The notes: a model not told the origin generated them from the letters alone. A DNA stretch of 64,000 nucleotides from an uncultured delta proteobacterium (GCA_963745835.1 CAVUZH010000003.1:160001-224000), one strand, 5' to 3'. Positions 19,279 through 29,989 are shown, counted from the first letter of the stretch. Numbers and translations: made by a program.

Positions 19279-20319
19279 ATGAACGCATTTCCAATCATAG
19301 ATGCCGATGGGCATGTCACCGAAACATTGGGTAGCCTCAAGAAGTACCTGAAAGAAGAGTATCGCAGTCGACCCCTGATGACGTCTGAGGCATGGGATCG
19401 GTCTTTTAGTGGTACGTTAGGTAAGCGCAATGAAGACCCGAAAGTACAATTGGCAGATATGGACCTGGATGGAATCGATATCCAGGTAGTCTTTCCGACT
19501 CATCTTTCACTCAATGCCGAACGAGAAACAGATGTGGCAACCGATATTGCGCACGCCTACAATGATTGGCTTGCCGCGTTCTGCGCTCATCATCCAGATC
19601 GGCTCAAGGGCGTGGCAATGGTTGCCTTACAGGATATCAACGCGGCCATTCGAGAGGTACGGCGCGCCACCGAGGAGCTTGGATTGGTTGGCGTCATGAT
19701 GCCGACAAATGTGCGAGACCAGGACATCGGAAAACGCGAGTTTTGGCCATTTTACGAAGCAGTGGAACAACTAGGCATCGGGTTAGCCTTACATGGCGGC
19801 ATCCGCGCAGCCGAGCGCATGACCGGGCGTTTCGATAGCTTCATATCCGTGCACAGTTTAGCTTTTCCGTTCGAATGCATGGCGGCGATTACCGGCCTTA
19901 TCTTTGCTGGCGTGCCTGAAAAATTTCCCAAGCTTCGTATTGCTGCCCTTGAGGCTTGCTGCGGGTGGGTTCCTTTCCTGATGGACCGTCTGGACGAAGA
20001 GTTTGAGAAGCGCTCCAAGGAAGCGCCGCTGTTGAAACGAAAGCCGAGCGAATATATGGCCGGCGATAACTTTTTTTATGCTTTTGAACTGGAGGAATCA
20101 ACTGTTCCCTATGTCATCGAGCGAATAGGCTCGGAAAAGCTCCTTTACTCGTCTGACTATCCACACTGGGATACTTCCTGGCCGAATACGGTGAAGATGT
20201 TTCAGGAGCGCCAAGATATCTCAGATGAGCATAAACGTCAGATCGCATGGGACAATCCGCAACGGTTTTATGGTTTCAAAGCGGTTGTGAACGAACTTCA
20301 AAGTGTAATCAATCGCTGA
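19279..20319 (+). CDS. Amidohydrolase family (amidohydro_2) protein
   Basis: DADGH, AYNDWLA and SSDYPHWD motifs. Confidence 0.92.
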   Translation: MNAFPIIDADGHVTETLGSLKKYLKEEYRSRPLMTSEAWDRSFSGTLGKRNEDPKVQLADMDLDGIDIQVVFPTHLSLNAERETDVATDIAHAYNDWLAAFCAHHPDRLKGVAMVALQDINAAIREVRRATEELGLVGVMMPTNVRDQDIGKREFWPFYEAVEQLGIGLALHGGIRAAERMTGRFDSFISVHSLAFPFECMAAITGLIFAGVPEKFPKLRIAALEACCGWVPFLMDRLDEEFEKRSKEAPLLKRKPSEYMAGDNFFYAFELEESTVPYVIERIGSEKLLYSSDYPHWDTSWPNTVKMFQERQDISDEHKRQIAWDNPQRFYGFKAVVNELQSVINR

Positions 20320-20498
20320 TCGTTATACCAAGTTCATCGGCGCAAGGATGGAATCAATAACATGAGGATTGGATTAACGTGAACTGGAGGATCTAAAAGC
20401 AGCTGATAAGCGTAGGGGGAAATCCGCTATCGACTACTTTGTTCAGCGCAATGTCTCTCTGACACTTTTGTCAGGCACTGCGGATCTCGGAGGAGACG

Positions 20499-21446
20499 AT
20501 GATCTATAAAATGGCTCATTGGATAGGCATTAGTCTCGCTCTTGTGCTTTTCTCTACGCTGCCCCTTCAGGCCAAGGACATCGTGATTGCAACATCGTCG
20601 ATGACCCTCACCAGCATTCCCTATCTTGTCGCCATTGAAAGAAAGTTCTTCGACAAGGAGGGGCTCACTGCGCAGTATGTAGTCATGCGTTCGGACCTTG
20701 CCGTGAATGGCTTGATTACCGGCGATGTTGATTACAACCAAAGTGTGTCGAGCGTACTGCGTGCCGGCGCCGCTGGCGCTCCCGTAATAACTGTCGCCGG
20801 GATTTACAATCGAACTTTCTTCGATTTAGTTGCCCGGCGCGACATCAAATCGCTTGCCGAATTGAAAGGGAAGACGGTAGGAATCAGCCGTTACGGAGCC
20901 TCCACCGAGTATGCGCTACGATTCGGGCTCAAGGCCAACGGCATAGACACCGATAAGGAGATCAAGATTTTAGCAGTGGGTGGAGACGCCGCCAGAATAG
21001 CGGGACTTCAGAACGGGACCTTGGCGGCCATCGTGTCCCAGGTGCCGGCTAATTTCTTTGCCCACAAAGCCGGCGGGCATACGCTTCTGTCTTTGGGCGA
21101 GTATCTTGAGACCCTGCTTGCTGGTGTGGGTGTCAGCCGAAAAAAAGTGGAGCAAAATCGCGACGAGGTAAAACGAGTTGTTCGCGCGCTATCTCGCTCG
21201 CTGGACTTCATGCACGCGCAGCCGGCTGACACGAAAAGCCTCATCGGAAAAAGACTCGGTGCATCCGAGACAGCGATTGTCGATCACATCTATGCGCTAG
21301 TGACGAAGTACGCCACCCGTAACGGCATCCCCTCGCAACAAGCTATTGAGAACACGCTTTTGGGAACGCCCTTCGAAGGCAAACTGACGAATTTCGAGAA
21401 GCTATTCGATTTCTCTATGGCCCGCGAAGTCGCAGAAGGAAAGTAG
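20499..21446 (+). CDS. ABC transporter substrate-binding protein (SsuA/NMT1-like)
   Basis: Signal peptide; ELKGKTVGISRYGAST motif. Confidence 0.88.
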   Translation: MIYKMAHWIGISLALVLFSTLPLQAKDIVIATSSMTLTSIPYLVAIERKFFDKEGLTAQYVVMRSDLAVNGLITGDVDYNQSVSSVLRAGAAGAPVITVAGIYNRTFFDLVARRDIKSLAELKGKTVGISRYGASTEYALRFGLKANGIDTDKEIKILAVGGDAARIAGLQNGTLAAIVSQVPANFFAHKAGGHTLLSLGEYLETLLAGVGVSRKKVEQNRDEVKRVVRALSRSLDFMHAQPADTKSLIGKRLGASETAIVDHIYALVTKYATRNGIPSQQAIENTLLGTPFEGKLTNFEKLFDFSMAREVAEGK

Positions 21447-21493
21447 ATCATATCGAATGCTCGCCAATTTTCGGTGTAAGGAGAAAAGACCGT

Positions 21494-22111
21494 ATGAGCA
21501 GTGAGAGCTCAAAACCTCAAAGGCAAGAGATTCTGAAGGAACTGAAGTCCTCCCTGAAGGAAACGGATCTGGTGGTGGCAGCCCTGGCGGGCACGACGGC
21601 GGACAGCTATCAGATTATTGATCGTCCTGGAAATCTCTATTTGGTCGGCATGGGTATGGTGAGTCAGGTAGCATTCGGTCTGGCGACGGCGTTGCCGAAT
21701 TGTAGGGTGTTCGCGCTGGACACCGATGGCAGCATGTTGCTGGCCCCAAGCATCCTGCCGGTTATTGGCAGCTATAAACCAAAGAATCTGTATATGATCG
21801 TGTTTGACAACGAACAGCTATTCGGTAGCCGTGGCGGGCCGAAAAGCCAGACCGCAACTGGCACCGATATCGCCGCCATCGCGAAAGCCTCGGCAATCGA
21901 AAACGTTCGGACGCTTCGCAACCAGGATTCATTGGGTGCCGAACTCGCGCGGTTCCTGTCCGTTTCAGGGCCTTCCGTTCTGGTTGCCAAAATTCAAGCG
22001 CTGGGGCGAGGGGCGGGACCAAAAATGGATGGGCAGGAGAACAAGTATAAATTGATCCGTCATATAGAAAAAATTGCCAATATTGAAATCCTCGGTGCGC
22101 CGAAACCATAG
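21494..22111 (+). CDS. ThDP-dependent decarboxylase beta subunit (sulfopyruvate/phosphonopyruvate decarboxylase ComE-like)
   Basis: ThDP-binding motif variant DTDGS...VFDN; GMG; TDIAAIAKA. Confidence 0.8.
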   Translation: MSSESSKPQRQEILKELKSSLKETDLVVAALAGTTADSYQIIDRPGNLYLVGMGMVSQVAFGLATALPNCRVFALDTDGSMLLAPSILPVIGSYKPKNLYMIVFDNEQLFGSRGGPKSQTATGTDIAAIAKASAIENVRTLRNQDSLGAELARFLSVSGPSVLVAKIQALGRGAGPKMDGQENKYKLIRHIEKIANIEILGAPKP

Positions 22112-22159
22112 ATAAAACTCCGATAAACTGGCCTTTGACCACCTCGAGGAGAACCCGAT

Positions 22160-22660
22160 ATGAAAGCTGAAGCAGCTAAAGCGGCCCACGATGCCATCAT
22201 CAAAGCTGGTATCAATTTCGTAGCCTGTTTACCGGACTCCGCGTTTCAGGAGCTTTACCTGCCCTTGTCGGATGATCCGAGAGTAACTTACAGGCAAGTC
22301 GCTAGTGAAAACGATGGTGTCGGGGTATGCATGGGCGCATGGCTAGGCGGGCTCAAGCCGGCGTTGCTCGTCGAAAACACCGGCTTTACGTTGGGCACGT
22401 ACGCGCTGCTGCGCGGCCCAATAGCTTTTGGGATTCCAATCATACTCTTGATCAGTCATCGCGGCGAGCTCGGCGACGAGCGCTGGTTTTCCGTGCCGTT
22501 CGGTTGGGGCACGAAACCGTTACTCGACAGTATGCGCATCACCCATCGTTCCGTTGACAAGACCGAAGATGTGCAGGAAGCGATCCTGAGCGCTGCCAAG
22601 TCCATGAATTCGCTTCAGGCACCGGTGGCGGTCCTGTTTGCCGGCGCGCTTCTGTTTTGA
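22160..22660 (+). CDS. ThDP-dependent decarboxylase alpha subunit (ComD-like)
   Basis: ACLPDS, catalytic Glu in SENDGVGVCMGAWLGG, SHRG. Confidence 0.82.
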   Translation: MKAEAAKAAHDAIIKAGINFVACLPDSAFQELYLPLSDDPRVTYRQVASENDGVGVCMGAWLGGLKPALLVENTGFTLGTYALLRGPIAFGIPIILLISHRGELGDERWFSVPFGWGTKPLLDSMRITHRSVDKTEDVQEAILSAAKSMNSLQAPVAVLFAGALLF

Positions 22661-22694
22661 AGCTTCGAGCCATGATCAGTGAAAGAGCAGAGAC

Positions 22695-23654
22695 ATGAAA
22701 TCTGCCTTGCTGCTGCTATGCATTCTCTGCTTTCCAATTCCAGGAGTGGCTGCCGACGCGATCAGGATCGCGTATCCCTCTACCAGTTTCACAACTGTGC
22801 CGATTGTCGCTGCGATAAAGCACGGCCATTTTCAACAGGAGGGGATACGGGCCGAGCTGATCTTCATGCGGCCCAACATCAGCGTTACCGCTCTGGTTAA
22901 CGGGCAAGTAGAATTTGCTACGGTCCATGGTTCCGTGGTCAGAGCTGCGGCGCGAGGTTTGCCGGTCAAAAGCCTTATGGTGATCGCCGATCGGCCGGCG
23001 TATTTCTTGGTCACAAAAGCCATGGTGAAATCCATCCCGGCATTGAAAGGCAAAACAATCGGCATTGCCTCTCTGGGAGGTTCCGTTCACTTGATGACAA
23101 AGGAGCTTTTCGCCCAGAGCGGTCTCGATCCGGACAGAGATGTCTCTATGGTCGTAACTGGTGACCATAACACGAGCATTCTGGCAATGCAGGCAGGCAA
23201 CGTTGACGCCATCGTCATCGCCGTGCCCTGGCAAACAGTTGCCGCGAAGGCCGGTTTTCACAACCTCACTTATTTGGGCGATGCTCTGAGATTGCCAATG
23301 GCCGGACTTGGCGCCGCTGACGAGAGTATGAAAAAACGGCCGGATCTTTTGAAGCGGGCTGTTAAGTCAACACTTCGGGCGATCGATTTTGTTCGGGACC
23401 GAAGTAACAAGAGAGAAGTGCTCGCATTGATGGGTGATTGGTTCAAGATCAGTGACGATCTCGCGCAGAACGCCTATGACCAAATGGTCCAAGCCTATCC
23501 AGCCAACGGCATGGTCTCAGACCAAGCTTTGGAAAAGGATCTCGAAGTCGCGAGGCAAACTGGAGCTATAAAAGGCCGCGTTCCGCTATCTCGCGTCGTC
23601 GACTTTCAATTCGTCAGAGAAGCCCGTCAGGAATTATCTGGTGAGAAACCATAA
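22695..23654 (+). CDS. ABC transporter substrate-binding protein (SsuA/NMT1-like)
   Basis: Signal peptide; LKGKTIGIASLGGS motif. Confidence 0.88.
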   Translation: MKSALLLLCILCFPIPGVAADAIRIAYPSTSFTTVPIVAAIKHGHFQQEGIRAELIFMRPNISVTALVNGQVEFATVHGSVVRAAARGLPVKSLMVIADRPAYFLVTKAMVKSIPALKGKTIGIASLGGSVHLMTKELFAQSGLDPDRDVSMVVTGDHNTSILAMQAGNVDAIVIAVPWQTVAAKAGFHNLTYLGDALRLPMAGLGAADESMKKRPDLLKRAVKSTLRAIDFVRDRSNKREVLALMGDWFKISDDLAQNAYDQMVQAYPANGMVSDQALEKDLEVARQTGAIKGRVPLSRVVDFQFVREARQELSGEKP

Positions 23655-23711
23655 ACGTTATGCTCTCAGGGCTCGCCGCATTACACGAGGTTAGGCCGAG
23701 GATCAAGATTC

Positions 23712-24455
23712 GTGGCGAAAGATAACGAACATCAAGGACGCGTAGCAGTGATCACCGGAGGAAGCGGCGGCATCGGCACCGGGATAGGGCGGCGTCTGCA
23801 ATCCGAGGGAGTAACCGTGCACGTGCTAGACCTGAGTGACGACCTACCCGCCGATCCTGACGTTGCCGGAGCCGTACATTTTCACACGGTGGATATCGGT
23901 AACGAGGCTCAAGTCGACAGTGCCTTCGATCGCATTCAGTCGTTTTCTACGAGACTGGATTACCTGGTTTGCTGCGCGGCAATCTTTCGACCGCAGCCCT
24001 TCCTCGAACTCGAACCAGAGAACTGGCAGCAAACTCTGCAAACCAACCTTACGGGTTCGTTTCTCTCTTGCCGGGCGGCGCTTCGCTGCATGCGCCCCCA
24101 GAAATTCGGTCGCATCGTATTATTCTCTTCGATGATTGCGAGAACCGGGAGCGTCAAGGGGGCGCACTACGCGGCGTCAAAGGGTGGCATACTCGGTCTT
24201 GCGCGAAGCGTAGCGATAGAGGCGGCGGCCGACAACATCCGGGTGAACACAATCTCTCCAGGAATCACGGATACGCCACAACCACGCGCTTTTTTATCAG
24301 ATGCCGACTTGACGCAGAGACGGTCGCGCATTCCACTGGGACGAATCGGGGCTGTCGAAGATATGGTTGAGGCTTGCATGTTTCTTCTGAGCGAACAGAG
24401 TTCCTACCTTATTGGACAGGATCTGCGTGTTAATGGGGGAGCGTCTCTGTGGTGA
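23712..24455 (+). CDS. SDR family oxidoreductase
   Basis: TGGSGGIG, YAASK and PGITDT motifs. Confidence 0.92.
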   Translation: MAKDNEHQGRVAVITGGSGGIGTGIGRRLQSEGVTVHVLDLSDDLPADPDVAGAVHFHTVDIGNEAQVDSAFDRIQSFSTRLDYLVCCAAIFRPQPFLELEPENWQQTLQTNLTGSFLSCRAALRCMRPQKFGRIVLFSSMIARTGSVKGAHYAASKGGILGLARSVAIEAAADNIRVNTISPGITDTPQPRAFLSDADLTQRRSRIPLGRIGAVEDMVEACMFLLSEQSSYLIGQDLRVNGGASLW

Positions 24456-25213
24456 CTCCGACAGACAGCCGGGTCACTATTATCACCGGCGCGGGCAGTG
24501 GCATCGGCAAAGCAACCGCATTGAGGTTGGCACATGCTGGGTGCATCATTTGCGCCTGTGACATCAATGAAGAGGGGCTCAGGGAAACAGCGAGAGCGAT
24601 CCAATCGAGCGGGCGTAGGTGTTTTACTGGCCTGATTGATGTTCGCGACCGCGAGTCTGTCGAAAGCTGGTGTTCAGAAGTTGCCGATAGGTTTACAAAA
24701 ATTGATTGCCTTTTCAGCAATGCTGGACTGAATGCACGGTCAGCTTTTGATGAGATGACTCTCGCGCAATGGAATCTAGTTATAGATACTCACGTTACCG
24801 GAGCATTTAATTTCTGTCAGTCCGTTTTACGTCACATGGTCGAGCGCGGGAGTGGCGCGATCGTTATAACATCTTCCGATTTCGCCGTAGTCGGTGTCCC
24901 TAATGCAGCGAATTATTGCGCGGCCAAGACGGCGCTCTATTCGCTAACAAAATCTCTCGCGCTCGAATTCGCACCCTATGGAATTCGAGTAAACGCGATT
25001 GGTCCGGGTCCCATCGATACACCGTTGCTTCGCTCCGGCCGCACACAGGAACAGTATGAAAGCGCTCGTCGTAATTTTGAGAGCCGGCTGCCGATCAAGC
25101 GCCTCGGGCAGCCGGAAGAAGTTGCTGCCGTCGTTGAATTTCTGCTGAGTTCTGGCGCCGCCTACATCACCGGGCAACTTGTTCAGCCGAACGGCGGTCA
25201 AGTTATCTGGTAA
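24449..25213 (+). CDS. SDR family oxidoreductase
   Basis: TGAGSGIG, NAG and YCAAK motifs; overlaps the upstream stop. Confidence 0.92.
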   Translation: MVTPTDSRVTIITGAGSGIGKATALRLAHAGCIICACDINEEGLRETARAIQSSGRRCFTGLIDVRDRESVESWCSEVADRFTKIDCLFSNAGLNARSAFDEMTLAQWNLVIDTHVTGAFNFCQSVLRHMVERGSGAIVITSSDFAVVGVPNAANYCAAKTALYSLTKSLALEFAPYGIRVNAIGPGPIDTPLLRSGRTQEQYESARRNFESRLPIKRLGQPEEVAAVVEFLLSSGAAYITGQLVQPNGGQVIW

Positions 25214-25314
25214 GACTTGTCTTCAAGATTTGCTTGAATCCTTGACAGAAGAAGCGGTTGGTTGCTAGGGGATTGTTAAACGAATCAAGCAGAGTCTAGA
25301 GAGGAACCGGGTTT

Positions 25315-26160
25315 ATGATGTCATATCCTTACGACGATGGGCGATTGATACTGGCGTTACAGATCGATCATTCCCGGGTTGCGGGATATCTCGCCGCGCA
25401 CTGGGGTAACAAAGAATTTGCCAAGCCTGAACCTTACGCGTCCGTGGTTCTAGCGGCGCAGGAACACGATACCGGTTGGTGGGAATGGGAAATGTGCCCA
25501 TCGACTCTCAATGACAAGGGTTATCCGCTTGATTATCACGATGGGAGCCTTAAATATCTGGGGCAGCTTCGGCTCGACTTTTATAAGAATGCGGTAGACC
25601 GCGTCCGGCAACGCGATAGTTATGCAGCTATGTTAATGGCGATGCATGGCGTCGCGCTCATGAACGGCGGCTATGGCAAATACGCTTATCCTCCTGACCG
25701 TACCTCGGACCCGCGGGTGAAGGCCTACGTCGAACACCAGGAAGAACTGCGGCTCAAGTTGCTCGATGATCTGCGCAAATCGGATCAGTTCAAGGCTTTC
25801 AGCTCTGAGGATCAGGTGTGGACGAATTACGAATACATGGAGGTGTTCGACCAGCTGGCGCAATTCCTATGTAATCGTTATCCGTTGACCAGTGATGCGC
25901 GCAAGCTTGGGCCGACTAAAACGCTAAATGATGTGGACGTACCGGTAAGACCGGGCACGAGGCCGGTAAAAGTAAGTCTCGATACCATTGCTGCTAATCG
26001 CGCACTTGTTAAACCGTATCCTTTCGACCTCGATCCTTTAAGTGTTTCTTTTTCGGCGCGGCTGATACCGAATCGCGCTTATAAGAATCCGGATGATTTT
26101 CTTGAGGAATTTTACCGCGCAGAGCGTCTTACGATCACGCACACCTTAGCGTCCGCATAA
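25315..26160 (+). CDS. DUF3891 family protein (HD-like metal motif), copy 1
   Basis: QxDH, AAHWGN, HDxGWW, xxH, D(Q/R)L and PYPFD motifs shared with 33558 and 38210. Confidence 0.8.
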   Translation: MMSYPYDDGRLILALQIDHSRVAGYLAAHWGNKEFAKPEPYASVVLAAQEHDTGWWEWEMCPSTLNDKGYPLDYHDGSLKYLGQLRLDFYKNAVDRVRQRDSYAAMLMAMHGVALMNGGYGKYAYPPDRTSDPRVKAYVEHQEELRLKLLDDLRKSDQFKAFSSEDQVWTNYEYMEVFDQLAQFLCNRYPLTSDARKLGPTKTLNDVDVPVRPGTRPVKVSLDTIAANRALVKPYPFDLDPLSVSFSARLIPNRAYKNPDDFLEEFYRAERLTITHTLASA

Positions 26161-26188
26161 TTGCTTCTCTATCCGTACAGAGACAACT

Positions 26189-27049
26189 ATGAAGCCAGCT
26201 TCATTCGACTATTATTCTCCGGAATCACTAACCGACGCTTTACAGCTACTGGAGCGGCACCGCGATGCGGCAAGGCCGCTTGCTGGTGGACAAAGCCTGG
26301 TTCCGATGATGAATTTTCGTTTGGCTCGCCCGGCGCTTTTGATCGATTTGAATAATCTTCGTGAACTGAGTTTCCTCAAGGTTGAAGATGGCAAATTGCG
26401 TATCGGTGCCATGACCAGACAGCGTGCCTTGGAGCGATCCGCAGTGGTGGCCGCGGGTTGGCCACTCTTGCAAGAAGCAGCTCGGCACATTGGCCACATC
26501 CACATCCGTAATCGGGGCACCATAGGGGGAAGTATCGCTCACGCTTATCCGTCCGCGGAACTCCCTCTGGCAATGATGGCGCTGGACGCATCCTTCCTGT
26601 TGCGTAGCATGCAGGGAGAAAGAATTGTTCCCGCCAGGGATTTTTTCGTCGATGTAATGACAACCATCCTGGAGCCGAACGAGCTTTTGGTCGAGATACG
26701 CGTGCCTCAGGCAAAATCGCGAACTGGTTGGGGCTTTCAAGAAGTCAGTAGACGCCACGGAGATTTCGCGTTAGCAGCCGTGGCCAGCGTAATTTCGCTT
26801 CGGGAGGATCGGAGCATAGACAAAGTAAGATTAGTCTTTACCGGTGCAAAACCCCACCTCTCGAAGAAGACAGATTCTCTTATAGGACAAAAGTTCGACC
26901 GGACAATGTTTTCGGATATCGCCGCTACAGCCGCGGCGGAACTCGATACGGAATCCGATATTCACGCAAGCTCTGAATATAGACGGGAAGTAAGTCAGGT
27001 GCTGGCGCGCCGCGTTTTGGAAGAGGCAGCAGCTCGGGCTGCAATTTAA
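26189..27049 (+). CDS. Mo-hydroxylase FAD-binding (medium, CoxM-like) subunit
   Basis: MKPASFDY, AGGQSL, IRNRGTIGGS and RRHGDFA motifs. Confidence 0.93.
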   Translation: MKPASFDYYSPESLTDALQLLERHRDAARPLAGGQSLVPMMNFRLARPALLIDLNNLRELSFLKVEDGKLRIGAMTRQRALERSAVVAAGWPLLQEAARHIGHIHIRNRGTIGGSIAHAYPSAELPLAMMALDASFLLRSMQGERIVPARDFFVDVMTTILEPNELLVEIRVPQAKSRTGWGFQEVSRRHGDFALAAVASVISLREDRSIDKVRLVFTGAKPHLSKKTDSLIGQKFDRTMFSDIAATAAAELDTESDIHASSEYRREVSQVLARRVLEEAAARAAI

Positions 27050-27085
27050 ATGTAACACCTGGAATGGAAGCGGAAGAGAAGCAAA

Positions 27086-27577
27086 ATGAGCAAGCGTGAA
27101 ATCAACGTTACAATCAACGGCCGTCAGTACCGAGGCGATGTGGAGCCTCGAAGACTTCTGACTGATTTCCTACGGGACGATCTTGGTCTTACGGGTACCC
27201 ATGTCGGCTGCGAACACGGCGTTTGCGGCGCATGCACTGTTCTTTTGGATAATCAACCAGTGCGCGCCTGTCTGATGTTCGCGGTGCAAGTAAACGGCGC
27301 CGAATTGAAGACAATCGAGGGGTTGGCTCCCACTCCGACCGCGCTCCATCCGCTGCAGGAAAAATTTTGGGAGCTTCACGGCCTGCAGTGCGGTTTTTGC
27401 ACTCCGGGAATTTTGCTGACCGCGGTAGCGCTCCTAGAAGAGATCCCTAACCCCAGTGAAGACGACATCCGAGAATGGATCAGCGGAAACTTGTGTCGCT
27501 GCACCGGTTACTACAACATCATCAAATCCATTCAGGAAGCAGCGAAGACCTTAAATACGAGCAAGTCAAATTTATAG
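27086..27577 (+). CDS. Mo-hydroxylase (2Fe-2S) small (CoxS-like) subunit
   Basis: GCEHGVCGAC, QCGFC and CRCTGY motifs. Confidence 0.95.
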   Translation: MSKREINVTINGRQYRGDVEPRRLLTDFLRDDLGLTGTHVGCEHGVCGACTVLLDNQPVRACLMFAVQVNGAELKTIEGLAPTPTALHPLQEKFWELHGLQCGFCTPGILLTAVALLEEIPNPSEDDIREWISGNLCRCTGYYNIIKSIQEAAKTLNTSKSNL

Positions 27578-27682
27578 CTGCGCTTTTCTGTTCCCTTTCC
27601 GTTTCAAGTTAGACGAATAACACTGGTACTTCGATCTAATGCCGATTTCCAAGGGCATTCCGAGTTAAGAGAGTTACAACTT

Positions 27683-29989
27683 GTGGCTTACATTGGTTCA
27701 AGAGTTAAACGTAAGGAAGATTTAAGGCTGCTTCGCGGCGTCGGTAAATACGTTGCCGATGTTCATCGTGTAGGCATGACGCATGCGACAATTCTCCGCA
27801 GCGCGTACGCGCATGCGCGGATTGTCAAAATAGATGCGGCTGCTGCCCTGAAGTGGCCTGGAGTCGTCGGTGTGCTTACCGCAAGCGACATAGCCGGAGT
27901 GAAAAGCATTCCGATGCGAACTGGCATAATTCCAGGAATGGAGCGCTCGCAGCAATTTCCCATAGCAGCAACCAAAGTGCGTTATGTGGGGGATCCGATA
28001 GCCGTCGTGGTGGCGGAAAATCGTTACATCGCCGAAGATGCCATGGAGCTTATCGACGTGGAGTACGAGGCGTTGCCTGCGGTGACCGATGCCCGGAGCA
28101 GCATGCAGGCAGAAGCACCGCGACTTCATGAGGCCGTGCCAAACAACATCCCGGCGAATTTCCAGGTCGATGTCGGCGATGTCGATAGCGCGTTCGCTAA
28201 GTGTGACCTCATCATCGAAGAGGAATTTTCGATCCAACGACATGCGGCTGTGCCGTTGGAAACGCGCGGCTTAGTAGCGGAGTTCGACGAAGGCCGCAGA
28301 ATCCTCACCATGTGGGGACCGACTAAAATGACGCACGCCAACTGGCGTATTCTCTCCGATCTCATCGGCCTGCCGCAGAGCTGTATCCATTTTATCGAGC
28401 CGGAAGTGGGCGGCGGCTTCGGTGCCCGGGGTGAATTCTATCCCGAAGACTTTCTGATCCCGTTCGCCGCCATGCATTTCCGAAGGCCGGTCTGTTGGAT
28501 CGAGGACCGCTCGGAAAATCTAAAAACGATGAATCAGTCGCGGCAGCAGAACCATCGGGTCAAGATCGGCGTCAAAAGCGACGGCACCATCATGGCCATG
28601 GATGCCGAGATTCTCTTCGATATGGGCGGGTACACCAGAACCCATGGCGGTACTCCGGCCATTGCCGCGTCTGCGATGCTGCGCGGTCCTTTCCGTATCA
28701 AAAACTTTCGCGCCAACGTTTTTTGCGTGCTGACCAACAAGACTCCGGTCGGCACCTACCGCAGTCCTGGACGCTATGAAGCGAACTTCGTACGAGAACG
28801 GCTGTTAGATATGGTTGCACGCCGACTCCACATGGACCCAGCGGATGTCCGACGACGTAACTTCATTAAGCACGATGAAATGCCTTATGACCACGGCCGG
28901 CATCCCTACCACAATATACGTTACGACAGCGGCGATTTTTCACTTCAGTTTGAACGTGCTCTGGAGCACATCGGTTATGAAAAGCTGCAGGACCGCTGCG
29001 CAGATGCTAAAAAAGGAGGCGGTGCCATCGGCATCGGCATCGGCTGTTTCGTCGAGACCAGCGGGAGGGGACCTTGGGAGTATGCTCGTGTCGAAGTGGA
29101 CAATGCCGGCAAGGTTGTTTTGTATTCGGGCTGCAATTCACTTGGTCAAGGAATCGCGACAGCCTTGAGCCAAATCGTCGCGGATGAACTGCAGGTTGCG
29201 ATTGAGGATGTACGGGTGATCCACGGTGACACCGCAAAGGTTCCGTACGGAAACGGTAGTAATGCTAGCCGTTCGATCGTGATGGCTGGCAGCGCTGCGG
29301 TGGGAGCGTCGCGTAAGGTTAAGGACAAGCTTTTGCGCCTGGCATCTATGGCGCTGGAAATCGACATCGGTGATCTTATTCTCCAAGATGCGCACGTTGT
29401 GGCACGCGGCGCGCCAGATCGATCTCTAAGCTTTGCCGCTATTGCGCGCTTGGCGTTGCCTGGTCCCGCTATGAAAAGCGGTATAACCCCGGGAATTTCT
29501 GAGGAGGATTTCTTCGCCACGGATCAGCGTCCATTTCCGTACGGTGTGCATGTCGCGGTGGTCGAAGTAGATCGTGAGACCGGAGAAATAAAGATTCTCG
29601 ACTATTTAGTAACCGAAGATGTCGGAAGAAAAATTAATCCCATGATTGTTGAGGGGCAAATGGCCGGTGGATTAGCACAGGGAATCGGCGGCGCTTTGTT
29701 GGAGGAGTTTGTCTACGCTGAAGATGGTCAGCCCTTAGCGACCAGTTTCATGGACTATTTGATGCCGACGGCGATGGAAATGCCCAAAGCGCAGCTGATC
29801 TCGACTGAAGATTTCCCTTCACCGCTCAACCCCCTGGGCGCCAAAGGCGCAGGCGAAGGAGGAATCACTGCGGTTGGCGCGGCCTTGGCTAATGCAGTTT
29901 CGAACGCTCTTGGTGTTGAGGTAACCAAGCTGCCCCTCAAACCGGACTACCTGTTGAATCTGATCAAAATTGCTAACGCCCATTCATAA
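27683..29989 (+). CDS. Mo-hydroxylase large (CoxL-like) subunit, copy A
   Basis: VGGGFGARG, active-site loop TYRSPGR and KGAGEGG motifs. Confidence 0.93.
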   Translation: MAYIGSRVKRKEDLRLLRGVGKYVADVHRVGMTHATILRSAYAHARIVKIDAAAALKWPGVVGVLTASDIAGVKSIPMRTGIIPGMERSQQFPIAATKVRYVGDPIAVVVAENRYIAEDAMELIDVEYEALPAVTDARSSMQAEAPRLHEAVPNNIPANFQVDVGDVDSAFAKCDLIIEEEFSIQRHAAVPLETRGLVAEFDEGRRILTMWGPTKMTHANWRILSDLIGLPQSCIHFIEPEVGGGFGARGEFYPEDFLIPFAAMHFRRPVCWIEDRSENLKTMNQSRQQNHRVKIGVKSDGTIMAMDAEILFDMGGYTRTHGGTPAIAASAMLRGPFRIKNFRANVFCVLTNKTPVGTYRSPGRYEANFVRERLLDMVARRLHMDPADVRRRNFIKHDEMPYDHGRHPYHNIRYDSGDFSLQFERALEHIGYEKLQDRCADAKKGGGAIGIGIGCFVETSGRGPWEYARVEVDNAGKVVLYSGCNSLGQGIATALSQIVADELQVAIEDVRVIHGDTAKVPYGNGSNASRSIVMAGSAAVGASRKVKDKLLRLASMALEIDIGDLILQDAHVVARGAPDRSLSFAAIARLALPGPAMKSGITPGISEEDFFATDQRPFPYGVHVAVVEVDRETGEIKILDYLVTEDVGRKINPMIVEGQMAGGLAQGIGGALLEEFVYAEDGQPLATSFMDYLMPTAMEMPKAQLISTEDFPSPLNPLGAKGAGEGGITAVGAALANAVSNALGVEVTKLPLKPDYLLNLIKIANAHS

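Noticed and set aside
26189-29989. Aerobic CO dehydrogenase (coxMSL) call
   Set aside because: The active-site loop is TYRSPGR, not AYxCSFR, and no coxDEFG genes are present
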